64,000 bases of DNA from Bilabrum cf. latius (Eukaryota): NCBI GenBank assembly GCA_965178125.1, contig OZ237767.1, positions 372,001-436,000 on the forward strand, in the 5' to 3' direction. The position numbers and the translations under genes were made by a program. Position 1 is the stretch's first letter. Every line of letters starts with the position of its first letter. This document shows positions 26,144 to 39,500 of this stretch, piece after piece. The notes under the pieces are model-generated. The model was not told where the DNA came from. It worked only from the letters and a program-made list of their open reading frames with translations, and ran no database searches.

Positions 26144-27280
26144 ATGTCAACCACGTCCCGAAGGCGCCTGATGCGAGATTTAAAGAAGATGCAGGAAGAC
26201 CCGCCCGGTGGTGTGACTGCTGCCCCAATGGAATCGTGAGGTGAAGCACCGAGTTTGCGATGATGCTCCATTGCGACACCGAACGCGACTTGCCTCAACT
26301 ACGCCCCAATTATCGTCCACAGGAATGTCTTAGTATGGCAGGCAGTTATTCTAGGGTGAGGATCAGCTTGATAATGCAGCCTTAGCATCGCTTTCGAGCA
26401 AGCCAAGTACTCCACCTAGCTCCGTTACTGTGTCCGTCACGCAGCCCTGATGATACTGAATGGGAAGGAGGTGCGTATTTTATAATTGTACTTTAGAGTG
26501 CATTCATGGATGTTGCCCTTGTTTGTGTGGTATGTCAATCGGGAAACGTACGAATACAAATCGACGTTCTCACGTGGTTCGCAGGTACCTTTGCCTTGAC
26601 ACTAGAGTTCGGGGAAGACTATCCTAGCGCTGCCCCCAAAGTAAAGTTTGTGACTGAACTATTTCATCCGAATGGTGAGAGTACCATGGAATGCCTGCAC
26701 TCTGGATGGCGTCGTAGAATCGAAGAGTACGCATCCGCTGAGACCCCACCCACCCCTTTGAACCCATCGGATCGCAGTGTACGTAGATGGCAAGATTTGC
26801 CTGGACATTCTGCAGAAGAACTGGTCCCCCATCTACGACGTCGCCGCCGTGCTCACTTCCATCCGGTCCCTCCTCACGGACCCCAACCCAAGCTCCCCGG
26901 CAAACCCGGAAGCAGCGCGCCTGTACAACGAAGACAGGCGAACGTACCTGCAGAAGGTGCGCAAGTGCGTGGAGAACAGCCTCGTGGTGGCGGGTGTCAC
27001 TCCCGCCGAGCTGGAGGAGGCCGAGGCTGAGGGGGCGAGGATGGCGGGGGAGGCGGGGGGTGGGGGCAGCGGCAGCGGGGCGGCGGGGGATGACAGTGAC
27101 AGTGATAGCGACAGTGATAGCGATAGTGATAGCGACGGTAGCAGCTCGAGCAGCGATTCGGATTCGGATGACGAGGAGGAGGACGGCTAGAAGGGGGGTC
27201 GAGGTGCCAGCGGGAAGGCGCTAGGGGCATCCTCCGGTACAGGTGGCGCGGGCGATGGCTAGGCTAGCATGGAAACATGA
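26144..27280 (+). CDS. UBC2: Ubiquitin-conjugating enzyme E2, RAD6/UBC2, 5 exons, acidic tail; TAG at 27188 and 27260
   Basis: Spliced translation [21 protein letters not shown]...[18 protein letters not shown]...[54 protein letters not shown]. Confidence 0.95.
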
Positions 27281-27420
27281 CATGATGTGACAGTTCCGTG
27301 GTATAAATTTCATCGAGCAATCTATTATGCGATCCTAGCGGTGAACTCATGCTCTCAATGCAGTGCACCACACCGACAGAACGACCACCGCAATCAATTC
27401 CGCTAACTATCAGTTCAACG

Positions 27421-27932
27421 ATGGCAAGAGCATCCCAAGCCAGCTCTGCGGCTACAGATCAGGTAGAATTCTACGAAAAGGTCGGGCAGAAGCACCCAAC
27501 CCCATCTCCTGTGAGAGCAATCGCACTATTTGTCAGCAAGCTCGCTAGCTGACAAGTTGGCAACTACGTCGAATGTATGCATTTCATGTTACTCTTTGCC
27601 ACACAGGGATCCGGCGATCGAGTATTTTATTCTACTTTGCTGAATGAAGATCCCAAAAAGTGAGCGACATCAACATTCGAGTAGCACGGGCTACCCACCA
27701 AACTGCATCGAAATATAGTGCCATCGGTTGTTTCACCAAGCATTACAGTGACTTAGCGTTCGTGTGGATGATTGAGCATGGATGTTATACAAAGGAAGAA
27801 CACAAGAAAATGGAGAAGGATTTCCTTGCCGCGAAAGAGAGATTGAGGGATTTGAATCGATCGGCTGGCGACCACAAAGCAAAGGGAGAGTCCGCAGTGC
27901 TGCCTAAAGGAGTCATGGCTAAAGGCACATGA
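27421..27932 (+). CDS. Small conserved hypothetical protein (3 exons)
   Basis: Spliced GQKHPTPSPGSGDRVFYSTLLNEDPKSDLAFVWMIEHG. From memory this resembles an uncharacterised eukaryotic GQK..P...R.FY..L....P.S..A..W..EHG domain. Ends at TGA. Confidence 0.7.
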
Positions 27933-28563
27933 TGAGCATGAAAGCATTGTTCTGCTCAATTGTCAAGTTGGGCTGGCAGTAGCTGTCTTGGGCGCCGTCA
28001 GAGTTAGGGTTGGGTTGCTCCAAGATTTTGTGCGCACCAGTATCTTCACGAGACGAGAGAATGCGGGGTAGCAGGGGTCATGCATAACTGCATCGAGTAG
28101 GCCGACATCCGCGTTTGGCCACGGTTTGGTCTTCATTGGCTGATGCCGGAATGTGGCTCAGGCACGGCCACTTCGCCGGTTGAGCAGCTTTAGGACGATT
28201 GTGGCGAGACCGAGTCGCCGAGCAGCCCGTGCACGAATGTAGAACGCAAATTTGCCAATTCAATGGCCATTCAATGATTCTGAAGTCCTGGCCTCGCTGC
28301 TAGACCCAGTCGGGTCGCACGGCTCTTTTGTAACGAATACAATATGCATTAAACATTCAATCATCATAATCGCAGGATTCTTCCACCTGTAGCAAGCCAC
28401 GACGATGGCTCAAGCCAGCATGCAGCCCAGTTCCATTGCGCGCTCTCAAACTTTGCCTGGTAGTCCGGAGGACATCTCCCCGCTTCTGCATGGCTAGCGT
28501 CCAAGGCCACGGAGCGGCTCGCAGCCTAAAGTAGACAGTCCGCACATTGATTTGGAGACGTAT

Positions 28564-30202
28564 ATGCCAGAGTCGTCAACTAACTTGGAAGCTCTGCAGA
28601 AGTATTCCGAGTTTGAGCTAATTGACCGGCTCAGAAGACAGCAGAGTCCGTAGTTGCGCGGTTTAACTCCTCAAGGCGGATCGAGTCTCGCGGCCAGCCG
28701 TCTTCTTGGAGACCCCGCGTTTGCGAGCCAAGAAACCTCATAGTCTAGGGGTCGTGCTGGAGATGCATCGCGTGCTAGCTCCTAGGGGAGTCAAAGGTGG
28801 AGCGTGCCGAAGTCCTTCTCCAGTGCGTCAGTTAGCCGGCACCACCAGCGCATGCAGGAGGCGCAGGCCGATGGCTCGCAGAAAGAGGTGCCGCCTTTAT
28901 TTTTAGTTGGTGCAGACCTCCTCAAGCAAGCAGCCCAGGTCACGGTCAAGGATAGCTTCAGCCAGTGCTTCGTCGGGCAATCGCCCAAGCCATGGAACTG
29001 GACTTGGTACCTGATGCCAGCTTGGATCCTCGGCGTGATCATGCGCTACTTTGTTTTGTTTCCCATGCGCCTGTGCATATTTTTCACCGGCTTTATAATC
29101 TTCATCCTTGGTTTCGTGTATGCCAAGGTGAGCGCCGTGCGCAAGACTCGTTTGCGCATCCCCTCGCTCTACCTCCCTCATCAATGGACCCCGCCGATTC
29201 GCCCCATCCCTCCCCCCTTCCCCTGCGCAGACCTTGCACCAGATCAACCCACTGACCCGCCTCTGCTGCACCCGGGCCACGCTGGAGCAGCAGCTGATCA
29301 AGTTCATGTGCGCGACCTTTGTGGCATCGTGGTCGGGCGTGGTTCGCTTCCACGGCGTCAGGCCCAAGCCCATCAAGGACCAGGTGCCCGGGGTATTCGT
29401 GTCCAACCACAGCAGCATGATCGACTTTATCATCCTGGAGCACGCAGACCTGTATGCCGTGCTCGGGCAGCAGCACAAGGGGTGGGTGGCCTGGTGGCAG
29501 AACGCCATCTTGAGCTCGATCGACTGCATCTGGTTCGACCGGGGATCCAAGGACAAGAGGCACGAGACGGCGGAGAGGATCAAGAACCATGCAACCGACC
29601 CCACAAAGGTCCCCATGCTCGTGTTCCCCGAGGGAACATGCGTGAACAACGAGTACGTGCTTCAGTTCAAGCAGTTCGTCTTCACGCTTGGGGTGCCCAT
29701 CAACCCGATCGCGATCAGGTACAACAAGATCTTCGTGGACGGGTACTGGAACTCGAGGCAGCAGTCCTTCCAGGGGCACCTGTTCAGCCTCATGACCTCC
29801 TGGGCTGTGGTTTGTGACGTGCACTTCTTGCCCCCCATGGCCATCCGCAAGGGCGAGGATCCCTCCGAGTTTGCAGCCCGGGTGCAGCGGCGCATCGCCA
29901 ACAAGATCGGTCTCAAGGCCATGCCCTGGGACGGGTACATGAAGTACTGGGCCCCTTCGGAGAGATTCATGCAGGCGAGGAGGGCGGCCATCGCTGAGGA
30001 CCTGCTGGCGGTCCACGGGATGGGGCAGCCGGAGCTGCTGAGAGAGAAGGAGGAAGAGGAGGAGGAAGAGGCAGCAGAGGCCAGGGAGGAGGGAGGCAGG
30101 CTGAACGAGAGGCAGCAGGAGATGGAGAGGAAGGGAGAGGAGGCGAGGGAGCTGAGGTAGAGGATGGTGCAGGCCACGCGGGCAGCGGCAGTGAAGGGCT
30201 GA
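28564..30202 (+). CDS. GPAT9: Glycerol-3-phosphate acyltransferase (GPAT3/4/GPAT9 family); TAG at 28651, 28741, 28783, 30158
   Basis: DSFSQCF...PWNWTWYL, NHSSMIDF, CIWFDR, FPEGTCVNN and WDGYMKY. Intron 29128-29230. Confidence 0.92.
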
Positions 30203-30260
30203 AACAGCGATGTGGGTGAAGTGCGAGGGGGTTTGGTTGCATTGCTCGATAGGGCTACTT

Positions 30261-33200
30261 TCATATGCGTGACAAGCTCTAGATTTCAACTTTTTCCTGC
30301 TTCGACATCTCACCATTTATCTCGCGCTCCATCGCAGCTCGCTTTTCGGGCTTCAGCAAGCCACCGGCCACCATACCCATACTTTCGAGCTCACCGCGAT
30401 AGCACTTCACTCGCTAAAGAACTTGCTCAGCTATCGCGTCCTTTGCCTTCCCCTTGTACAGCTCCATGGCAAGCGCCTGGTCTGTGAGCATGCCCCGTAC
30501 CAGTTTCCGCGCGTACAACTCCGGAGTGAGGGCCCCCGAATCTCTCTCCTCGAACATCTGACGCATGCGATCCTCAACCGCCATCAGCTCAATGTCAGAC
30601 CCTTCAACCCCTTTTGCCACCGCCTATTCGAGTCTAGCCTGCTCCTTCATTATGAACTCGAAGGAGAAGATCAGCATGGGGCTCAATGGCGCTCGGAGGT
30701 GATCCCGAGGCACAACGTACCCGGTCGACGCAGCGGCAGCGGCCTGTTGCTTGCCTTGACCTGCAGTTTCAGTTCCTGTCGAGTTCGACGGCGGAGGCAT
30801 AGTCCCGCTGGACCCTGGCTGGGATGCAGGAGCGGGAGTGGGAGTAGAAGTGGGAGCAGGAGCTGGAGCTGGAGCCGGGGCAGGGGTAGGTGTTGGTGCT
30901 GGTGCTGCAGCGGTTGCCTGCCTTTGCTGAGCTGCCGCTTCCATCTGGTCCATTGTATGCTTCAGCATCGCTGCGCCCTCCTTCGCCAGTTCTTCTTCAA
31001 GCTCTTTTACCTGCGCCTGTGACACCATCTGGCCCTCTACGAGGCCCTTCACGTCGCTCTCGTACGTCTGCACGCGAGACTGGACGCTCCTGAGGTCTGC
31101 CATCACGGACCGGGTCACCTCCAGGGGGCCGTCTTCGCCCTGAGCCTTGAGCCTCTTCAACTTCTCGCCAAGGGCTCGAGCCAAGAGCCGGTCCTGCCGG
31201 GCACCTTTCAGCAGTCCCTTCGTGTAGAGCTCAGGGGTGAGCTCGCCGGAGTCTCGAGAAGCAAGCATGTTCTGAATCTGGCGGTCCAGCACCATCTGCA
31301 TGCTGCGGATCTCCGTGGCCTGCGCTTCCCCCCTTGCGCTGGCTGCCTCCTGTTTCAGCCTTTCGTCCTCAGCCTGCAGGATGGTGAAGCTGAAGATGTG
31401 CTCGGCCTTCGGACCAACCGGTCCAACTGCGATATTCCGAAGCGCCGTAGCCGCCTGCTCCGCCTCCTGGCCCTTGCCCGATCCAAGCAGAGCCACCAGA
31501 CCGCCCAACGCACCTGCATCCACCACGGACTGCCTCAGACCATCCGATCCATCCGCGATATTTCCAAGTGCCCAAGCCGCCTGCTCCGCCTCCTTGCCCT
31601 TGCCCGATCCAAGCAGAGCCACCAGACCGCCCAACGCACCTGCATCCACTACGGACTGCCTCAGGCCATCCGATCCAACTGGTAGGCCGAGCCCGCTTAC
31701 GACCTTGATCACCTCACCTGGATCAGACAGTGCATGCAATGCCATAACCTCGACTGCATCGCTCATTACTTGTCTCATACTCGATGATAACTCGGCCAAT
31801 GAGCTTATCTCATATTCTATCCTCAGCTGCCATAGCACGCGATACACCCCATCCCAGTCCCCCGGCGCCACCAGCCCATCCACCACCTCCCTGATCCTGG
31901 CAACTGCTGTCTCGCACTCGGCCCCGCCAGCACGCAAGGCAGGCAGTATTGATCTGACATCAGCTGCAGATGCACGTGACACTCCCGATACCGATTCCGG
32001 CCGCATCATATGCACCGCCTCTGACACGCCCATCCTGTCCCCAGGATCAATGCACAGCAGGCCGCGCACCATGTCCGCATACCACCCAGGCCGCTTCGAC
32101 AGCACATCGTCGCCTGCAAGCGGTGCTTCACATGCATGCAGCGCAGCTGCAAGCTCCCCTGGCCTAGGCTTGCTGCCGTCCTGCACTTCACCAGGATAGT
32201 GGTCCCCGAACGGGTGCTGCCCTCCCGTAGCAAGCTCGTGCAGCAGAACGCCCAACTCCCATGACGCCTGCTTCCCAAACGGCACTACAGCATCCATGTC
32301 CCCTGCCGCTCCCCTATTCCACCCGTCCAGCACCTCAGGGGCCAGATGGGCCTGATTGCCGCCCAGCCCGTCACCACCATCCTTCAGGTACCGGTACATG
32401 ACCCCATCCAGCGCCCCCGGGATTCCAGCACCAGAGCCCAGACCAGCTGATCGCGCGGAAGCTTCACGCACATGAACGCGCAGCGAGCACCCGAGATCAA
32501 TCAGCACCGCCCGACCCACGCCCTTCGGACCCCCTTTCGAGTCCCACATCACGTTGTCCAGCTTCATGTCGCGGTGCACCACCCCGTGCTGCAGCAGGTG
32601 ATGCACGCCCTCCGCGATGTCAGAGGAGAGCTGGATCAGCACACCGTCAGGCATGGACCCCGGTTCATCTCCTTCCAAGATCTCCAGATGGTCGCACATG
32701 CGCCGCTGCAGCAGCTCCACCCCCACCATCTGGGCCTTGCGGGGCTGCAGGGAGGCGGCACCAGCCGAGGGCATGCCTTCCCCCGAAAAATCACCGTAAT
32801 CGCCGGCAGCAATGCACACCAGGCTCGGATCAGGCAGCATCTCCACCATCCACACGGGAGGCTTGCACACGCACTCGAACAGCACACGGGCCACGTTGCG
32901 GTGCTCGGGCAGGCGAGCGAGCACGTCGAACTCTTTCTGGGAATCGATGGTTTCGAGCTTGGACGTGGAAAGGCCCCAGTTGAAAACAGCCTTCACTGCA
33001 ATATGATCAGGAGTAGCATCCAAAACATCTTCTGCATTGCCTGTCGGAAGAGCCACACGAAAGACGGCCCCGAATCCGCCGTGTCCCAGCAGGATACTTC
33101 CCTTTGTTGGCTTGCTGCATGCATCTAGTAGCGGTTTGGCAAACCGTCGCCTCTATAAAGAAGTGCCTGATTTTGTCATGAGGTAGACCTCTATCACGCC

Positions 33201-33293
33201 TGAAGGAAGGTCAGGAGCCGGAACGACCTCAGCTGCATGGCTTGGCAAAGACTCGCCGCCGCCGGCACCACTGGCTGGACCAGAGGCAGACAT
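30261..33293 (-). CDS. Protein kinase (PINK1-like catalytic domain) fused to Armadillo repeats and a duplicated helical C-terminal module; TAG at 33153, 30624, 30414, 30279
   Basis: LGHGGFGAVF, AVKAVFNWG, HRDMKLDN, IDLG and GGNQAHLAPEV. ARM repeats VVDAGALGGLVALLGS...AAWALGNIA. Ends at TGA. Confidence 0.85.
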
Positions 33294-33505
33294 GCTTACT
33301 TAGAAATCATCAAGAATCACTGGTTCTTTAGTAGTTGGGCACGCAAAAACGGGCAAACACAGCTAGCACGGTGGGCAGGATCTCTATTTTAAAACACTTC
33401 TCGACTCGGGCAGTTTTAATCTTCTTCTTGACTCTGGCGTCAAGTTGCGCGGCGCCCTGATAGGTTCCGCTGCACAAAACCACCTGGATCCGCCAGAAAT
33501 ATAGC

Positions 33506-36500
33506 ATGTCCTCGGTGAATGTATGGGCAGTAGACGAACCCGTGAAGTCTTTTGTTCTTGTGCATTCAAAGCAGCCGCTTGGTCAGCTACACGATGCGCT
33601 GACTGGTGAGTAGACAGGTTATGCTCAAAGCGGCCAACGAGGTCTCGGCAGCCTGCCAGCTGGCAAGGTGATAATAAAACATGCTTGTGACACATGCACA
33701 CGGTATATAATATTAGTTGCTTCTATTCACAGGTGTTTATGGGAAAGAGCCTGCCGGTCTTGCAGTAGGATCGACGCACGGTACCGGCTCAGCGCAGTCC
33801 GCGACGCACGCCCTTGCCCCGCTGGATGCAATGCGTAACCCACAGCAACATTTTGCGACAGCATGCAAGTCAGCCCTTGGGCCTGCCTTTGAGGCCTCTG
33901 TTGAGCTGGAGACAGCTGAGCGCCGGGGATCCAGCTCGGATACCACCTAGATCGTCTCACCGCCACCAGCCAGCGGGGCCAAAGAAATTGCCACACTCAC
34001 AGGAGTAGCATTCGCAGAACCCGATGCCCTGTTGAATGCCCTGCGCCGAGTTTCGAACGCAAGAGGCGAGGTAAACCGGCAGGATTTTGTGCGAGCATGC
34101 GGAGGCCTCATTCGGACCATGCCGCCGAGGCCGGGACCTCCGCTGTCAAAGGAGCAGTCCGAATCGCTGTTAGGGAGGCTGTTTGCGGCACTGGACACGA
34201 ACGGCGACGGTAGCCTGGACGAGAATGAGCTCGTGGCTGGGCTGCTGCTCGCCTGCCACGGCTCCACCCCAGCTCGCCTCGGCGCCATGTTCCGGCTATT
34301 CGACAGGAACGGGGATGGGCTCCTGTCAAAGGTGAGACTGTGTGAAATTGATTGCGCATGCATAGTAGGCCACTCGCTGCTGGTGTGGCTCCGGCATGCT
34401 GCCGCTGCCGCATCACCAGCGATGGGGCATTGTGCTGGTTACCCGACAGAACTGCATGTCCCTACTTGCTACTTGCTGCGCTCGTGTCGACGACCGCTGC
34501 TGCACCGCACGCTGCCTCGTCACCTATCCTTGCTACGCACAACACGCAGGCAGAATTGGTCTCAAGTCTCGAGCCAGCGTGCAGGCTGCTGCTCCAGGAG
34601 CGCCCGGACATTGCTGCCTCGGCGGGTGCGGTCGCAGTCCCGCAGCACATGCGCCCGGCAGCCATTGCGCGGGCGCTTGCCGCTCAGGCAATGGACGCTG
34701 CAGACGCCAACAATGACGGGGTGCTGTCCTTTGATGAGTTTAGACAGTGGACAAACCGGTCCCTGCCCGGGAGCGGGACAGCTGCCGCGCTGTCGAGCGA
34801 TTTCGAGCAGGGACTGGCTGACCTCGTGCGCGGGCTGGGCGGCATGGCGGCCGCGGCCCATGGCCAGCCCGATGGTGAAGATGAAGATTCCAATGCAGCG
34901 GCAGGGGCTGTCGGAAGTAGTGCCGGGGCTGGCCCGGCATCTCATGACCCTTAGCTGCCTGCTTACGTCGTGAATGCGCGCGGAGAGAACGAGGCGCGCG
35001 AGATGGCGCTAGACGTGCATGCGCCAAGGCCTGCGGGAAGCTCCTGGCGCAGCGGGATTCGGAGGCTGGCTCTACTGACTGGGCTATACACGATGGACCC
35101 GACCGAGGCGATGCATTTCTTCAGCGGATACGAGGAAGAGGGAGGAGAGGCCGGCGGCGAGGGGGGCAGCGGTGCAGGAGCAAGCGAGAGCAAGAGCAAC
35201 GGCGGGGGCAGCAGCAAAGGGGGTAACGGAGAGGGGGAGGATGCTGGTGGGCTCAGCGAGGACGGTTTCGTGCTTGCCATCGAAGCCGCAGCGGCGAGAG
35301 CGCGGGCGCAGGCAGAGCACGTCGGTGCGGAGGCTCCCCAGGAGCTTCGCGTCCATCCCTCCGTGCGGCAGGGGGTCAGCAGGAGGCTGTTTGCCGCCCT
35401 GGATGCCGACAGGAACGGTCTGGTGGATAAGAAAGAACTTGTTGCGGGTCTTGGGGTACTTTCCGGTGTGGGGAGAGGCGCACTGAGTGCAAGCGTTGCG
35501 TTCCAGGCATATGACACCGGCCGTGAAGGGGGCGTGCTTCACTGGCAGCTCGTGCGAATGCTGACTGTGACGAATCGGTTGGCCGCTGTGGCAGACCCAG
35601 AGATCATCCACTGGCTGGGTGACACGCCGGAGGGGGCGGCGAGACAGGCTGCTGACTCCGCCTTCGACTCGGCCGGGGTGTCTGTAGACGGGGGGCGGCT
35701 GTCGCAGGAAGCGTTTGAAGCTTGGTTTGGTGCCGCTGGAGCTGCGGACGCTCAGGTAGCGGCAGCGGCCACCGCTGGCTATCCTGGCGATCGGCGCGAA
35801 CAATAGCAACCGCAGCAGCAGCAGCAGCAGCAGGAGGCCATGGAGCCGGACAGGACCGCTGGGGGAGACTTCCAGGAGCTGAGCACAGCGGACTGGGACG
35901 CGAGAGTGAGTGCAGCGCATGGTGGTGGCAGTGCAGCTGGGCCCGGGATCTCGCTGGATGCCGGCGTGGTGATAGGCACTGTGCCTGAGGGAGCCAGCGA
36001 GCGTGGCAGGCGCGATTCTGCCGACGCGGACGATGCCCCAGGCCCGGCCATCTCACGCAACTTTTCCCACGCGTCTGCGGAGTCTGTGCCCATGGAAGAT
36101 GAAGAGGAGCAGAACGAGGACGGGGCATTTGGTGGCCATACGCCGGGCCTGCCCTCAGCCCCGCCGCAGCCGCAGCCGCAGCCGCAGCCGCATCCCACGA
36201 CAGGCGAACTGGAGGGCGAGCCAACTGCCTCCCGGCTCAGGGACCGCCTCCAGCGCCTGCAGAGCCAGGAATCGGTGGCGTCCAGACAGGGCGCCGAGCT
36301 GGCCAAAGGAGACGACGCTGCGCTGGCCGTTCCAAGCTTGCTGAATGAGTCCTCCACGGGGTCGGACGCAGACGCGACCGAGGGTGGCCTCACACGGCTC
36401 AGGCAGGAGGCCGGTCTGGAGCCGGCCATTGCTGCATCCGTCATACGGTGCGTACTGAGCAAAGCACTCGCGGGGCCCGCGCTCATGCAAACAAGCGCCT

Positions 36501-39500
36501 CTGCTGCGGCTGCAACAGCCTCCGCAGGCTTCAACGGGGCCGGTATCCCGCTCATGCTGACATTCGGCGGGCTGCTTGCTGCGGTCCACGACGTCCACAG
36601 AGACAACGCCACTCGCGAGGGGGACCCCGAGTCCGCCAGCAAGGCCGAGGTTGCCCTAGACCTCGCGAAGTCTGGCCTCACGCCCGATTCCTGGCAGTCA
36701 GCGGCCAGGCGCTTCTTCGTGGCTTGCTCGGCGCACGGGCCCAGGCAGGCGGACCAGACAGCCGACGCGCGTCTCGTCGCGGCTGCGTTCGGAGCCCTGG
36801 CCGGCGGGGACAGCAACCCCAGGGAACAAGCTGAGGCGGTCTTTGAGGCGCTTACCGGGTCTCGATCCCGGGATGCCGCACTACCAGAGGGGCGCTTTGC
36901 GGAGTTTGTGGCGGTGATGGTGGTGATGGTGATGGCGTGCGGCAAGGCGGGCCAGCTGGCAGCGGAGGCAGAGGCGCTCGCCGGCGTGGGTTCATCTGTG
37001 GCCCACAAAGCCTGGAGCAGGATGCGGCGGAGGGCGGCCGCCTTCGGAAGGGAGGTGGCGAGGGGCATCGCGCGCGGGGACGGTGTCGATTAGAGACGCG
37101 CCGCGGATGGCAGCACCGATCGGACTGGCGACGCAGGTTCCCTGTCCGTGTCCGATTTCTCCACGTGGTTCCTGAGCCGACGGGGGGAAGCCAAGGAGGA
37201 CATGAGACAGCTGATGGAGATGCAAGTGCACGTCACCATGGAGCACGCGGGCGCCGCAGGGCTCGTGCTGGGCACGGGCGAGCTGGCGGTGGATCCAGCT
37301 ACCCAGGCAGAGACTGACGCGGCCGCGGGGATCGGAGCACCGACTGCGATGCAGCCGCCATCTCCAGATGCAGCGCACGGTGGTGCCACAGATACCGCTG
37401 GTAGTTCCACAAGCCTGACCACTCCCACCAAGAGGACAGGCGGAGGGGCCAGCTCCGGGTAGGCGGCAATGGAGTACACCCCTGCCGGGTCGCAGCGCCC
37501 AGGGGTCGGGGGCGTGGGGAACAGCGGTGCGGGATCAGGCGAGAGGGGATCGTGGAACGGTGGGCACGCCGGCAGCGGCGGCAATCAAGACGATCCCAGG
37601 GAGAGGGCGAGAGGGTACCGTGCCGGGGCGCCCGACGCACCAGGTGGCAACGGACTGGGCAGAGCGGCCCAGCTCCCATACCACGGCCCCGGCTCGAGGG
37701 GCTACTCGGGGACGGACCCCCTCAGGGACATCCGCCCAGGATATTCTCCCCCGCACAGGAGCTCGGCTGCCCCCTTGTTGGGGACGAGCGACTCGATGAT
37801 GGGCACCCAGGGGGCCGGGACTGGCACGGCGACGGCGATGGCGGGGACTGGCACTGGCGCTGGCGGGGCACATGCATCGGCCTCGTCGACGTCCGGACAG
37901 CGAGCCACCATGCTTCCGTGGACCCAGGCGGGGCTGCAGGCCCAATCCACCGGTGGACTAGTGGGCGCGCTTGGGCTGCCCCCAGCGGACTACTCGGCCC
38001 AGGCGTCCGACCCCGCGGAGATCGCGCGCCTCATGCAGACCCCTCCGAGGAACAGCCTGCTGCCGTTTTCCTCCCCCGGGGATCGTCTCCTCGGGCCCGC
38101 GGCGGGTCATGGTGTGACGAGTGAGGAGACGGCCCAGAGGCCCAGGCCCGGGGAACAGCTTGTGGTGGCCTCGAGCCTGGAGCACCTGGCGCACTCGTCA
38201 GGCCTCGGGGGGTACTCGGCGGACGAGGCGCTGAGGGAATTCGAAACCGCCGCTCGGAAGGAGAGTGGCGGTCACCACGGTGTGACGAGTGCGTCAGCAC
38301 AGCTGTCGAGGCGTGGGTTCCGATCGGTGGGACTCGCGCTCGCCGCCCGGGCCCACGCCTCGAGGCAGGCCCGAGCCAGGCAGGCAGCCGCCGCCGAATG
38401 GGGTGGGGGTGCGAGCGGATCGAGTGCCGCAGGAACCCAGACCCATGGTGTGACGAGTGAGGACCTGGACCTGGCGCAGGTGAACGACAGCCTGGACGGT
38501 ATCTTCAAGGCGTTCGCCGGAGACGACAGGGAGCGGCTCGGTCTCTTGGAGCTGGGGGCGGGACTGGTGATGCTGTGCGAGGGCACGCGGGCCTCGAGCG
38601 CGAAGGATGCTTTCGAGCTGTACGACACTGACGGAGACGGGTACGTCAGCATGCGGGAGCTGCGGACCGCCATCGAGTCGTGCCTACGGGTTCTGGTTGC
38701 GACCGACAGGCAGTCAGCAGCCACGCTGCACGGTCTCAACCCGGGGATGGTCGCTGCGGAAGTAGCCCGCTCCGTCTTCGAGGCCGCTGACAGGTCGGGG
38801 GACGGGAAACTGTCCATGCGAGAGTTCGTGAGCTGGTACCAGGAGGAAGGGGGGCACCTCCTCAAGAAACGGGTGGTGGCGCCGCGCGTGAGGCCGCCGG
38901 TTCCGCTGGCGGTGCACGAGGCCAGAGAGGTATTCGGTCTGGGCAACCTGGCTGCCAGCGAGGCGTGCCAGCGGGTGAACGCCGTGGCGGGCCCGGGTGG
39001 AGTGACAGCCCGCGCTGATTTTGTGAGGCAGCTCGTGGCCATCGCTGCCGAGCGGGGTGCAGATGGGGTGCGGGAAGCGTTGCGCGCGCCTGGTGCTGCG
39101 GGCGGACCAAAGGACGAGTAGAAGGGCGGGTCGAGCGTGTCCCGAGTCTTCGCGCGCAGGCTGCACCGGCAGCGAGTCCTCGAACGGTGCAGGCTGCTTG
39201 CCGGGATCATCTTCTCCGTGCTGGACGTGGACCACTCGGGGACGGTGGACTCCAGGGAGCTGGCGGCGGGGATGACCGTGCTGTGCCAGGGAACAAGGGC
39301 GCAGAAGATCGAGGCCGGGTTCAGGCTATGGGACGCGGACCGCAGCGGGGGTCTATCGGAGCGGGAGATCCGCACGTACGTCACTGCCGTGTTCCGCGTG
39401 CGGGCCGCGGCGGACCCGCATTTCGCGGGCCGAGACAGGCAGTCTGCGGATGGGACGCTGGCCGGTGCCGTGTCGGAGGCGGTGCGTCGCATCGGGAGAG

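Noticed and set aside
28002-28017. Telomere-like ttagggttgggttg
   Set aside because: Only one TTAGGG unit; consistent with chance.
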